From: Azolla caroliniana
Taxonomy: Eukaryota > Plantae > Polypodiophyta
Length of the DNA stretch: 64,000 nt
Assembly (NCBI GenBank): GCA_043228905.1
Contig: JBHGNT010000001.1
Coordinates: 34,162,001-34,226,000 of the forward strand
Reading direction: 5' to 3'
The position numbers and the translations under genes are program-made. The notes under the pieces are model-generated. The model was not told where the DNA came from. It saw nothing but the letters and a program-made list of their open reading frames with translations, and made no database searches. This document shows positions 25,762-40,700 of this stretch, in pieces (position 1 is the stretch's first letter; every line of letters starts with the position of its first letter).

Positions 25762-28700
25762 ATGTCAATGGATTCTCCAACTTTGTCTGAGCTTGTTCAT
25801 GCTTTTGGCAATTCAACCTTCAGACAAGTAAACGAGGATGATGATCTCTTATGTGGATTTGATTTGGGTCATAAGAATGTTGATGCCTTCAATGGTCATC
25901 ATGGTCGACACATTGGTGAAGCTGAATCTGACAGTGGTAGATACAATCTCGAGTGCGTGGATGCCACTCAAATCAGAGTTCCTGAAGAAGAATCCGACAG
26001 TGATAGATACATTTTTGAGTGTAAGCATGCTGTCCAAACTAGGGTTTGTGAAGAGGAATCCAATTATGCTCTACACAAACTCGACTATAACAATGCTGTT
26101 AGTGAAGAAGAATACAAGGGTGGAAATCAACAAATGAAATGCCATGAGGATATATTTCATAGCCAGCAAGCCCCCCGAGACATTGAAGTTATTGATGAGG
26201 CCAATGACATCAATATTAAATACAAGAATGATGCCTATGGCATTCATGGAACGAAATTCAAGGTTGATAGGGTACGTCAACGCAGTGGCATTCCTTTGGA
26301 AACTCATCAAATTACTAAAGTAAAGTCCAAAGGGACAGAATTCATCAAAACATCGCGTGGCAATAAGTGCCATGGCAATGCAACAAGTAATCATGATGTC
26401 AAGGAATTCCAACTTGGTAAAGTTTCTCATGCCTATTTGATCAAAACTCATAAACACACCAGTAGTATCTCCTCTTCTTGCTGCATGGCTGATGCAACTT
26501 ATGGTGACATGTTTGCAAATAGAAAGACAAATTATAATTCCTTACACCAAAATGCCAGAGAAAGGAATGTGCATGTTAATGGAACCTTTCCAGCATTTGG
26601 AAGATCATTGATATCAAACTTCAATGCGACAACTAATTCAGAAGGGCGTTGTGGTACTAGAAGAACTTCTATAGGAAGGTCACCTTCCAGATCAATGGAG
26701 CATCCAAATACATTACAATCGTGCTCATTACAAATGGAATCATTTAACAAAGCTTCTTTGCCGAACTCAACGGCATTATTATTAGAAAAAAATGGTACCA
26801 GACATCTGAATAAGAATTTTTTGAAACGAACATCTCTAAATACTGTGTTAACTTTGAATGCAACGTCTCAAAGCATGAGAAAAACAAATCCAGTGGCAGA
26901 TGGAAAAGTCAGAGAGGAAGTGGTATAAAATCTATCCACATTTATGAATTTTGTTTTTTACTCTGAAGTCTTATAAAGTATTGGAACTCATGAGCTATGT
27001 CTTAATTCAGAGGTTGGATTTACGGGGACAGAAGGTTAAAAGCCTGGATTGCAGTATGGTCAAATTGACAGCCAAATTAGAGGTAATAACTCATAAACAC
27101 TTATAGACATGCAATGCTTTGATGATTAATTTCAACATTTATGATACAAAAATGGCCAAATAATGGAATAGAACTTTAATGTAAGGTAAGATTCTTATAT
27201 GAGGTATGTTCATGCTAATTTACTGTTGCATTTATTAGAAGAAAACAGTGGAACATATGTTTCTTTTGTGTCTTTTTATTTATTTGATCTCTTTTGCGGT
27301 ATGACAGTTCGTGTATCTCAGGGAGAATAAGCTTTCTGATTTAGCTGGAATTGAAATGTTGAGACGTGTTAAGGTAAGTTCCTCTGCTCATAATCTGATC
27401 ATTTTTTTTGCTTTCAATACCTGCTTTCATTAAAGTAAAACTGCTTTGCCTTTTTTGATGGCAATTATCAATATGAATCCTTAAAATTTTTTCGCTGCAG
27501 GTTTTGGATCTAAGTTTAAATGAGTTCAAAGGACTTGGTATGGAGCCTTTGGCAAGCTGCAAAGCACTCCAGGTAAATATATGCAAACAATGATAATTTA
27601 TAAGGTTATTGAATTATGTTAATTTCAAATCAAATCTGTTTTGCAGCAACTTTACCTTGCTGGCAATCAGATGGCATCACTAGTTAGCCTACCGCAATTG
27701 CCAAATCTAGAGGTAACAACTTTACCTGTATATAATTCTTTGTTTTGTCTTAGAAAGATATATTGTCTCCACGCAATTAATGCTCCATTCCACATCATTT
27801 TTAGTTGATGCTAACTTTAAAATCAAACTTGAACTTACTGAGGTAGCCATGAAAAATAAATAAAATAAAGCCTTTAATCACAGATGATGCTTCTCAAAGA
27901 AAAATCTATTAAATCCAATCCACAGCGGTAACTTTTACTGACGTTTCACCTGAGAGCTTTAGTTTGACGTGAATTTTGTACTATGAGGCCCCTTCTCAGC
28001 CCCACTAAATCTTAATGGGATGTAGATAATCATTTGAATGTTGTAATCATCCTCTTATCAAGCAAGAACAGGGATCAATAAAGTTTTTGTGCAAGCTATT
28101 CATGAATAGATTTTGTGCTTATTGACTGTTAATTATAATATGTTGAAGGTTGCAATGTTAAAGCTCCTATGATCTAAGCTACGAAGAGAAAAATACATAG
28201 TTTGGAAATTGCAATACAAAAAATCTAATAGAAACGTTGAACATATGATTACCCTTCCATCATCCTCAGTTGGTTGACTACAGTGCGATATGACATGTTG
28301 GATGCCCAATCATGGTTAACAATTAAGTTATTTAAATATGCAACTTTGCAAACCATATGCATCTTTTTGCACTAAATTGTTCTGGGGTCTAATCTATGTA
28401 CGATTGGATTGCTGCCCGCGCCTTTGTTTCGTAACTCTCTTCCAGGGTCCCTCTGCTGGTTGTTAAAGAGGATACTTCCCTTGGAGGGAGGGGGAAAGCA
28501 CTAGAGTGGTCATACTCTGGATGTGTGGTATTCCATTATAAACGGCCTATTTCCTAACAATGTATTTTTCGTGGTAAACGTTTTCATGAGTGATTATCAC
28601 CTGCCTGATGATGTAGCAATTGTCATCGTATAGATCTCTTTAGTTTCCAGAGTGTTTTGTTATCTTTAATGGATATTTTCATCTTCCATGAATATAATAG

Positions 28701-31700
28701 TCCTGGATTATTGTACTTAAATGCAATCACAAAGGAACAAATAAAATTTCCTGAGTGTGTTGAAAAAATGCACGTTTCTTCTTTGATAATGGTATGAATG
28801 AAACATGGCTCTTATGAGTTTCAATGCTTACTTCTGTGCTGGTTAGTTTTTACTGGTGTCTCAAAATAAGTTGAAGACCTTGGCAATGGTTTCACAACCC
28901 AAGCTAAAGGTATGCAATAAGTCACAGATAAAATTCTATTTGGGATAAACCTACTTAATTTCAGTATTCACAATCTTAAAATTATTTATGTTCAGTATTC
29001 TTTATAATTTGTCTTTTCCTTTAAATTAAGTCGGGGCTTCTCTTTCACTTTAAATTCAAAGGTTTTGGCAGCAAGCAAAAACAAAATCTCAACCTTCGAA
29101 GGATTTCCTCATTTGCCTTCCCTGGAGGTTAATTCAGAAATTTTTAACGTGTAACCTTTAAGATTGTCAAATAAAGACCTGTTGGCCATACAATTTATTT
29201 TATGAATCTATTTTCATCAGCATTTAAGGCTTGAAGAGAACCCTTTATTAGAGATGCCACATGTTGAAATAGCTGCAATTCTATTAGCTGGACCAACATT
29301 GAAATTATTCAACAACCAAGGTGAGAATAACATTAATTGTACTTGTTTATCAGATAATAACTGTCTGGAATATGTTGTCAAATGAGACTTGATCTTATTT
29401 GTTCATATAGGTTATGGGTGTTTTGTTAAGATAAAAATATGCTTTCACACTTGGTTTTATTGCATCTTATATTTTAGTTCCTTGGCTGTATTACGCTTTC
29501 ACATTTGTGTGATAGATTCATTTTTCTTTGTTAAGTCTCCTAACAGAAGTCACATGTTCTCTAACATCACATCATAAAGACACATTGAGCCTTAATGTTT
29601 ACTGCCCCATCAGATGCCTAAGATATATCTTTAGATCCTGGAAACTTTGTCTCAAGTCTCAAGTCATGTAACTTTTTAATCATTGAAGTATACATGGGTC
29701 AATTTATATCACCTTGAAATTGATTATCTGATGCACTTATACTCTTAGAAAAACTGTGTTCATTTTTTCTATTTGATGGTAGAGCTGACTCCAGAGGAGC
29801 AGGAGCTTGCCAGTAGATATCCTCCTCATACAGGATTATGCATTAGGGATGGATGGGAATTGTGTGATGTTGAAGAAGCATCTGGTAATTGTTGGACAAG
29901 TAGTAAACTCTTATATTCTCTATTTACATTCAATATACATAACACTTGTATTTTTTGTTTGGAAAAAAAAATACATAACACTCACATAAATGCTTTGTAA
30001 ACAGCTTCCACTATGAGATTTCTTGTGAACCAGTGGGCTGATAGGATTCCACCAGGGTATTCTTTGGAGAAAGCCTTCATTGTGCAACCTTCTGAGGAGT
30101 TTCCTTGCCAATGCGAGTTTTCTTTCCAGAAAAGCAATGGTAATTCTGGGGCACTGGGGTTATCCTTGAGATATCAGTGGTTCATTGGAGGAAAGACTCC
30201 TTTCTCTTTTATTCCAATTCAAGGTGCAGTAAACGAGGTGAGTCTTTTTTTCCCTTGAATTGTAGGATATTGTACTTTGGGCATGTTTTAGTTTCCTGTA
30301 TTATACTTTTTGATGTTTCCAGGTCTATTGGCCGAGGCATAGTGATATTGGCCATTGCTTGAAGGTGGAGTGTGTTCTTGCTCTTGGATCAACAGAATAC
30401 CCACCAATATATTCTGTTTCATTTCCTGTGCTTCAAGGTAATGATTGCAGCCTCTAGCTTTGTGTAGCCTGAAAGGTCATAGAGTAAACCTCTTTTCACA
30501 ACTTCTGATGCATTGAGACACCCTGTCTAAAAGGTATCACAGTGAAATCAAAGGAAGTTTTCATACGAATACATTGTTAACTATTCAAGGACATTTGACA
30601 CAGGTGCTGGCTGTCCAAAAGTTTTAAAATTGAGCATAATTGGGGAGTTCATAGAAGGGAGCATTATCCAGGCGCATGCTGAAGTTGCTTGGTGTGGTGG
30701 AACAGCTACAAAAGGCTATGTTAGGTTCATACTATATTTATTCTGCAACTTGAAGTCGCACTGAAATATAAAAAAGATGTCACAATTCACATCAATATTA
30801 CTTATGTTGCGTTTACACATCTATTTCATGAAAAGAAACCATACTTTTCATCTGATATGTTTATGCAAGTTTTTACAATGTCAATATGTACTTCATTTTT
30901 GTATTTGGTTTATTTCAGCTGGTTGAGACACGATGGGCATTCTAGTCCAGTTATGATTCCTGGTGCAGAAGATCTGGAGTATACAGTATCATTGGATGAT
31001 GTTGGATATAAGCTAATCCTCATGTACACTCCTGTTAGTGGAGGAGGTATGAAAGGAGAGACTCAAGTTGCCACAAGTGAAGTGATACGAGCAGGTGATT
31101 TGGTCTTTTTGTAATTTGACATCTAGATTATGAAAGAGATTGTGTAACTAACATTTAAATTGGTTACAGCCAATCCATGTGTTAGGAATCTTTGTATTCT
31201 TGGAGAAATGGTAGAGGGAAATACAATCAAAGGCATTGGGAAGTACATTGGAGGAAGAGAAGGCTTGAGCAAGTTTGAATGGCTTCAAGAGGATATAATA
31301 TTAGGGTAAGTACTTACTGCCAAGAGATCTATTCACTATTATATCAAACAGAAAATTAGCCAATCTTTTGCAGTATGATAAGATGACTGAGAGGGTCATT
31401 GTGGTTTATAAGTTTTGTTTACAGATGAAATTGCCTCTCCTGTGCATAAACTCTAATCTTATTTAAAATTTATCCACTTAAAATAATGGTTTCAAAAGAG
31501 TAGTAATGAGGTAAAGCTTTTATTATATGGAGATGATGACTTGTATTACACAAAGAGGAGGATATACTGGAGGTCTGGATTCTCATTCCTCATAGTCTAA
31601 AGGTTATATCGCCACATAAAACAGACGTTTTATTTAATCTAGACCTGACCCTTTCCACATTGTTGCATAATCAGTGGGATACTTGTGTGTTGAGTTGGAA

Positions 31701-34700
31701 TTACCGGGGTTCTAAACCAGCAGTTATTTGATTCAAAAGGCAATGCTTGTACTAGATGATTAGAACTCACATGCTTAGGTGGTCAAGTTTAACAATACAC
31801 CAGAGGCTTCAAGTGATTAACAAAACAATATTTACACAATATGTAATAATTGAGGATGATTACAATATGCAAAGGCAATTACAAAGAGGGAAGGAATTGT
31901 TAGCTTTGTCTCTCTCTTGAACCGAGATTAAGTGGTATATAAACCCAAGACACTGTTTATAATAAAGGAGGACTTGAGTACGAAACGTGAAAGAATGATT
32001 ACAATTCGTGAGAGCATGATTCTGGTAAGTGAAAGGAAAGTACAAAGAAGGAAGGTGTTGTTAGCGTTTTCTCTTCTTGAACTAAAATTAAGTGGTATAT
32101 AGACCCAAGCCACCGTTTATATAGTAAAGGAGAGCTTGAGTACAAAACTTGAGTGTGTGATTACAATTCGTGAGAGCATGATTCTGGTAAGTGAGACTCT
32201 AAAGTCTAAGCAAAAGAAGAAAGAAAAGGTGTAAATGTTCCGTCAGCAATCAGTAGCTAACTCCTAAGGGAAGCTTGTATGCTTCAATTAGCGAAGAATA
32301 AGGTTAAACAACTGTTGCTGATTAATCCATTAAAACATAGTACACTCTTGCTCCTTAGTCGATTTTGTCAAAAACTGAGAAGAAGCTTAATATCCTCGCC
32401 CCTTTCTGTTTTATACCTTTTTCTTCCTGTTTTTGTTTGTTCTACTTTAGCTTACATAGGCATCTTCCTTTACTAACTCAGTCTTAAAGCATCATCACAC
32501 AGTCTTTCCAAGAGCACATAGTAATAGGACTCACATTGTTGGCTCGTAGCACTCCCAAGAACACTTGTGGAAAAGGGGAGCACATGGGTCACATAGGACC
32601 CCTTGAGCATGTAGGAATGTGATGGAATGGGGGAGCATATGCCTCCCTTTTTCTCTTTAGTGTTTTTAGAGTAGTAGCTTATCTTTTGCGTGTATTTGAT
32701 TTCTGCCTGATTTCCTTGTATGTGGGATAACTTCCTTTCCCCTCTTTTTAAAACATCCCCACCTTACAAGACAAAATATGAAGATAAAAGTTGAGAAATT
32801 CATGAAGAAGAAAAGATGATGAAGAGTATTATTTTCCCATTTTACCCACCCTTTTATTATTAGAATATAAGGCTTTGTTGGTCAGAGTGCACATTGTGTG
32901 CTAAGAGCATCACAACAATGTAGAGTTGGAGGCTTTGGACATGGAAGGATGCCATTGATCAGAATGTGGTCAGATTGAGGTCAGATTGAGGAGAGAACCC
33001 CTCAATGTTGTCTTTCTTGCCGACCTAGTGAGGCTCGTGAGCAGGATCAGATGGACAGAGTAATGGACAAGCAAGCACCTACCTTTCGCGCAGATAGTGA
33101 GATCTCATTGAAATCCATCTCATATCTCCAGGAGTCTTTTATAGAAGAAAAGGTTTTTTATTTGTTGATTATTGATTAGCAGTCTAGCTGACAGCCTATA
33201 GGAACATGGCTGAAAATAGTATAATAACAGTGTCTTGCTCCTAGTGTGGCTACAAAGAGAAATCATTGCCTTTGGGAATGCATCAATATATAGGAGGTAT
33301 GATGATAGTGAGTTTTCATATCGATATTATGTGGCACAATTTAAAGGATGAACATATATTATGTGAGGAATACAATACCTGTTTTGAGCTAGGAGGGATA
33401 TACCATTGCCTCTGGCAAGGTTTGGCCCACTACTCAAGGTAATGGAATATGAGGACGAATGGTGCTTGGGGCTTTTGTTGCTAGAACTCAAGAGACACAG
33501 GGAAAAGTTGTTGAAGGACAAAAGTACAGCCACACAAGCTCATTAACAAATAACAATCACACTTTCTTTAGCCTCATCACTCCTACTCATACTACAAGCA
33601 AATCAAGGGCTGCAATAATGGTCTCCCGACCAGGACATAAAAAGGGGTTACAATAGATCGGCCAATAGCAATTTGTTGTGCACGTAGGCCCTGGCCTCAT
33701 GGACCACGATCTCACCACCCTTGTCATCGATAGATAAAGACTATTATCTCCTGCCATTGCAGTTGGTTCCCTCTCTTTGGAGACCTCTCCATTCTGGATA
33801 GACCTATGGTAGAGATATTTCGAAAACAAAACTTACAATGTATCTTACTTGAGAATCTTACATGTACAGATAACAAGATTCTTTAGTGTCGTTTTATCTT
33901 ATTTACATTTTTTTACTTAGTATCATTTATTTATTTTGATTTGTTGTTCTCAAAGATGACAAAACACATAAGATGTCTTATAGGCCATCTTGGCCTCTTT
34001 AAAGACGTCAATATATCTTTTTCTTTCTTGCTTATAAAGGAAAATACCGTTTTGAATAGTACATGGAGCAGCAACTCAATTGTGGATGATTGATCATGTA
34101 CTTATGGTTCATACAGAACCTAGAGAATGTGGAAGATTCTCACCTTCCATATATACATGAGTATATCTATCCAAATGGTGGGTTGTTTCTACTCAAATGT
34201 TTGTTTCCAATGTTTCTAGACCATCCTCAATACTATGATGAAGATTATGGTGTTTTCAATCTGAGCAAAATGTAAAATCCTGCTCTGCATAAATGAATGC
34301 TAAGAAGCTTCATCTTTTTTTGATGTTGATTTGTTTTTAGTGGATTGAAGCTCATAAAAGAAGGAACAACTGACCTAACTTTGACTGAGGAAGATGTTGG
34401 TTTGCGCATTATGTTCCGATATACTCCCATTAATTCTGAAGGTTTCCAAATTAATACAGAAGAGATGAGAATAACATGGTCGACAATAGAATTGTACTAA
34501 CAAATGTGCTACACGATATTTTGCTAGGGTTGCAAGGGACACCAATTTCGATAATTACTGAAAAAGTTTCACATGGTATACTGCTTCATTACATTTGAAA
34601 GTAAGACTAACTCTTGGCCAGGTTTCTAAAAACTATTTATCTTTGGACAGCGCCACCAAAGGTCACCAATCTCCGGATTGTTGGAGATTTACGTGAGGGT

Positions 34701-37700
34701 AGTATGGTGAACATCAGTGCAACTATATCAGGTACTGGCATTGAAGGTGCGAGTCATATCCGATGGTTCAAGGTGCACAACCAAGATGAAGTTGGAGACT
34801 TGGAAGAACTTGGTTTTTCAAGAATACCAGAGGTCTTGCCATTTATCCATCTTCATGCATATTGTATTTCTACATATTTGTGGTTAATGTGGGTAATATC
34901 GATTGCCTTCAGAATTTCATCATACCACTTGCTGCTACCGGTTTCTATTTGGCAGCAGAATATACTCCTGTTTTATCAGATGGGGTAATAGGAGAGGCTG
35001 CTGTTGTGTTTTCAGAATCTCGTGTTACAAGTAAGATTCATGAATCCTAGATTAAACTCCTTTTTCTTCTCAAGAATAGGAAACTAAGAAGTAATGTAAC
35101 GAAGGCCCGTTTTAACATGATGTGCGGAGTAGCAACCGTCTCTTTCATCTTTTGTTTTTATAAGAGAAAAGAAAGAAAGAAAGAAATATTAACGTCTTTT
35201 AAGAGGCCAAAATGGCCTAGAAGACCAAATAAGAGATTACATCTTTAAGTGTTGTCTCGTTTTTGAGAACAAATCAAAATAAAATAAATACTACACAGTA
35301 AATATAAAAGTAAATAACATGAAAAGAAAAGAGAGAGATATACACTTTCATGAGCCATTACGGATACCTGGAATTGGATAACAATTTTCATTTATTTAAT
35401 TAAAGTATAAATGAATAAATTAATGAGTGGTTATAATACATGATTCTCGTGCATATGTGGAGCTACTTCTAGAAAGAAAATGTCTAGCTGGCTGCTGTAT
35501 ATAATAGCAGTGCAAATGTTCACCTTTTAGGATTTACAAGGTCATCTGGTGCCAAGGAATAGCACTTTGGATCCTTCAAACATACCATTTTATACCTGAC
35601 CCTTGACCCAAAATGAATAGATGATTGATAAAAAATATATATTCAACATGCTAAATCGTCCCATGAAATGTTCTCATATGCCATGAACCGTCATGGAAAT
35701 GTCTTTTCTGTGAGCTCTTCATCTACATACCATTGCATGGTCTTCTCTTGGACAGGAAGTTTTCTCCATTTCAACTCAATACAAATGATTTTTTTCTGGA
35801 TCTTGTCATCTTTCATAAATGTGGCAATAAGAATTTCGGGCACACCAATCTTTGTTAGAGGAACTATGCTGCTTTTCCTCGTGTCATGGAGTATTCTCAT
35901 CTATTTTTTGAGATCTTGCTGCATGGCGGCAATACATGGCTGTACACATCACAACCATCTTGATTTTCTGGTTGTTATATATGTGAATGTTATTTTTATA
36001 CTTCTGTCCACACAGAATCCAACGGATTTCATATTACATTTAGCCATATTTTCTTGCAATACAAAAAGAGGAAGTAGCGTGGTCATGGGTTTACCTCTCT
36101 TGGGAGCATGTTTTCTATTCCAACACAAGTTACGTCTCTTGGTGATCAATCTTCTCAGCTCTGATTGCAGCACAAGATGGGCATTTCTCAGATCATGTTT
36201 TAATGTTGATAGTTTCTGGGTATTCCAATTCCACATGATGACTTTCATGATCATCACAGGGATACAAACTTCTTCATGGTTGCTAGTATCTCGTTATGGT
36301 ACATCTGGAAGAGCTTGTGCCAGTGAGATGCATCAGCTGGCTCTTCCAGGATGGCTTAGAAAAGAAGGCAGGCTTTCCTCAAAGCTTGGGGTTGTATTTA
36401 CTTCTTTGATTTTGATAAACACCACCATGATTTATTGTGCATAGTATCTTACTCTCAGTGATATAGCTGCGTTTTTTGGATACCACCATTCTATATATTT
36501 ATGCTTTGTAAACGTCTTTCAGAATTAGGCAGCATGGAAATTCTGAAGGATTTTTGTACAGATTATATACAATCACGTTTCCTTAAAAATAAGGGTGAAT
36601 GCATGAACTTACAATAGTACAATTATTTCAAATTTACATTCTCATGTTCATCTTTTTACATAAAGAATATTGTATATGCAACATTACAATTAATTGTTTT
36701 CTTTCAATATTTATATTTTCACTGCAGTGTTGCCCCCAAGCCTGAATTTCTTGTCAATGAAGGGGGAGTTCAGAGAAGGAGAAACTTTGATGATAAGTTA
36801 TGGCTACATTGGAGGATATGAAGGCAACAGTCAATACTTTTGGTACTTACATGAGGTGAAGCTGCTATCCCTTTTCTTATTTCTGTATTTTTCTTAGTTC
36901 TGTACTTTTTATTATTCAAGAGGAAATCATTACTTCACAATCTCGAGATTTTCTTATACAGGATGAAAGTGCTCCTGGCATACCAATAGCAGTATCAGGT
37001 GATGGTCTATGGTGTCATATCACTAAAGAGGCAATAAACAAATTCGTGTCCTTCAAGTGCATTCCCAAGCGTGACGATGGTATGGTTGGAGAGGAAAGAA
37101 CCCTGATTGGAAAAGAACGTGTAAAGCCAGGTATCTATCTCCTCAAACAAATCTATGCGTACTCAATTGTGTATTTTGGTTCTCAATCCTGTATTGATCA
37201 GGACCTCCAAAACTTGTTTCGCTCAATGTCATGGGTGAAACATTGGAAGGATCTCATTTGCAAGTCATGAAGCTTTATTGGGGTGGTTTTGAAGGACACT
37301 CTAAAATCCAATGGTTCCAGGTTACCGATTCTCAACATCCATAGGGTGTGCATTAACTCGACAATGTATTATAATCTCTCATATATTTTCTTGATGTAGA
37401 TGAATCGTAATAGAATAAAGAAAGCCATTGAAGGGGCTACAAACTATACATACACAATTTCTACAGAAGATATAGGCAGCATGATATATGTTTCTTATGA
37501 ACCATACCGGTCTGATGGCGTCAAAGGTTCAATTGTTTTTTCCCAACCAATTGGTCCTGTATTGCCGGGTAACATTTTTAGCTTTCCAAAGGCATCATTC
37601 TAACATCAATAGATGCATTCATGCTCTTAGTGTGGCAGATGTAGAAAATTTTGTAATACTAAAATCAACAGAAAGCAGAAATAATAGCTTTAAAATTTCA

Positions 37701-40700
37701 GAGCCTCGAGAATGGATTGAAAAATTATATAATATATAATATCTCATTTGATGTTGCATATTGACCATGCTCACGATGTAACGCAACCCCTATGACTTTC
37801 TTCTCCTGTCTCCTCTTTAATTATTTTTTCATTGTGTGTATATGGTTCTTCAGTTTCTGTCCAGTTTTCTTTCAGCTTTTTTGGTCAGTGGAGGGGTTGA
37901 ATCGGATTGCATGACAGAATGGATTGAATTGGATTGCATGTTGTATATACCAACCATACTTGTTTATATAATCTGAAGGATACTCTGTATTAATAATAGT
38001 CAAAGTCTCTCCTCTACCTTTTGTTGGAGATAATCCAGTTGAAGATCTCAATGTAGATGCACACTTTTCTCATAGTATCACCTTGTTCATTGTATGGATG
38101 TTATGCTTGCATGATTTGAATATAGAGGCATGGGTTATTATCATGCTGCACGCATCTGGCCTTTCTAATGTGAGAGTTACTACCATATTGTTCTATTATG
38201 AGCATTTCATAAACATTGTCGATGGCATTTCCCATGAGCTCTCTAGTGTGGAGAGGTTTTCTACAAGCTTGATATCCATCATTACCAAGTGTTGTGGAAT
38301 TTAATACTCAATGCTCATGCATGTGATTGGTTGCTCATTATTTGAATCAAAGCATGAAGAACATATCGTTGACACTTTGTGTACTCATAACTGTAAATTT
38401 AGTTGGTTCCATATTAACATACAGTGTATGCTATTTCTTGCGTTAGGATCATCTGGAATATCTAATAAATACTTATGCAAGAGCATAATAATTAGGTTCT
38501 GCTCATGAAGAACAGATAAGGCTAATATTCAGAAGCTTCATACATGGAAATGATATGTTTTCCAGCTCCACCAGCTTGTGACTTTTTGGAGTTGCTTGGC
38601 GAATCAATTGAAGGATCGACTTTAACATACACTGCAAATTATAGAGGAGGGTCAGTTGCATCCCTCCGAATTGTTATAATAATAAATGTGTTACTCAGAA
38701 ACGTGTGCAAATGAGTCTCTCTTCAATACTATTGTGCTAATAGGTGTGTGTTTGGAATCTGTATATCAGCACATACACGTCTTGTCCATGAACTCTTAAT
38801 CTTCAACTCTGCTCTGCGCAGGGTAAAAGGTGCTTGTACTTGCATATGGACTAGAAAAAGGCCAGATGGACTGGAACGTAAACTGAGTAGTAAAGGTACG
38901 TTCTACGAATAAAATTTAAAATCCATTCAGAATGATGCTATATTACTTTATTGGCATCTTATAATACTGACTTGTCTATACAGAGACCCTAAATCTTACA
39001 TTAGAAGATGTAGGCTGCTGCATCAAATTGACATATACTCCAGTTCGGAATGATGGTGCTAGAGGTGTTCCTAGGACAGTTTTTTCTGATATAATAAATG
39101 ATGGTATGTTTAATGGGTATTCAGATTATAGCTTTACCAATTTGGAGTAATAGGTTTCATTATCTTTTCTTTCTTACTACCAGGAGATCCAATGGCTGTC
39201 CATCTAATTGTTCCAAATGGATATGAAGATGTCACAGTGATACCCAAAAAATCTTATTTTGGTGGAGTTGAAGGAACTAGTGATTTCACGTGGGTTCGGC
39301 TGTCAGAAAAGTTACATGGATCATTGAATTTTAATAAATCTCAAGTAGTTGGGAAATCAGAGTGAGTGTGTTAATGCTTACAGAGGTTTTACTTAAGTTT
39401 TGGTGCAAAGCCTGAGAAAATTTCAGAAAGAAGAAAAAGATAAGAGCCAATCCAGTATATGAAAACATAGTTATAGGAAGACAAATTCTGTAGTGAATAT
39501 AGAGAATCACTGTATATTCTGAATTTACATTATGTCCAACGCTTAGTGTGAGACATGAGATGGATTGGGCTAGATATTTTCATCAAGAACTAAAACGTGT
39601 AGCTCTTTGCAATGATTCATGCTATCCACCAAACTCTCCAAAAACATATTATTTGCGATTTCTGAAGTTCATTTTTCCATTTGTAAATTTAACTTGAGAT
39701 TTTATGGGTTCCTTGTTCCACATCATTTCTTGACAAGAACAATGATTATCTGGTAGAACATACACTCCGACAGTAGAAGATGTGGGATCCTATCTGGCAC
39801 TTCTTTGGATCCCTACACGCATGGATGGAAAGAAGGGAAAGCCGTACCTTGCTTGCAGCAATGAAAAGGTTGCACCAGGTATACATTCTTATGTGCACAT
39901 TCTTTCTTTTCACATTTTTTATCAGGATTTCAAGCCGGCATGCTTTTCTTAAATTGTCCTTTTTCCTTTTAATCCAGCTCCCCCTGCAGTGCATAATGTT
40001 GTTGTCAAAGAAATTTCTTCAGGGCTCTTTGTTGGTGAGGGAATCTACCATGGAGGGACACAAGGAATGAGCCAAATGAGATGGTACAGATTTGGAATAG
40101 ATAGAACAGTATCACCAATTCCAGGAGCAATATCGAAGGTTTATGCCATTTCCGATGATGATTACGCGTCCTCTTTGATATTTGGGTGAGTATGCATGGA
40201 CCTTCTTGAAATGTTGGTTTTCCTAGTTTTACATGTCGAGGCAACTGTCAAATGAATATATGTGCGTTAGGTTTACACCGGTTCGTGAGGATGGAGTTGC
40301 CGGAAGATCAGTATTATCAGATCCAACAGATATTATTCTGCCTGGTAAGCTTCTTGTAGTTATGATTCGTACTATGTGCAGTAGACTCCTTAGTAAAGGT
40401 CTTTTTGAGTTGTATTGCTAGAATTCTATCTGTTTCATCTCCAGAATTACCAAGCCTACAGAAATTAATTCTAACTGGGAAGACAATTGAAGGAGAAGTT
40501 TTGGAGGTTAAGGAAGTGTTACCTGCTGATAATAAACAGAAACATGTCTGGGAGAAATATATAAAGGAGATAACCTACCGATGGTATGTATCTCTAGTAA
40601 ACTCTTGTTTTGATTGCATTGATGCAAATCTATTTTGTAATCATTTTATATTGGCTGTAGGTCAAGGTCATCTTCACCTGATTTACCGGATTCTTTCGAA

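Noticed and set aside
28420-28562. GC-richer intronic island ending in ACA-NNN, considered as an H/ACA snoRNA
   Set aside because: No convincing H box or two-hairpin structure by eye; could equally be a retroelement fragment.
35668-36444. 258-aa plus-strand ORF within an AIR9 intron
   Set aside because: Antisense to a decayed retroelement fragment; its composition is typical of a shadow ORF and it has no domain.
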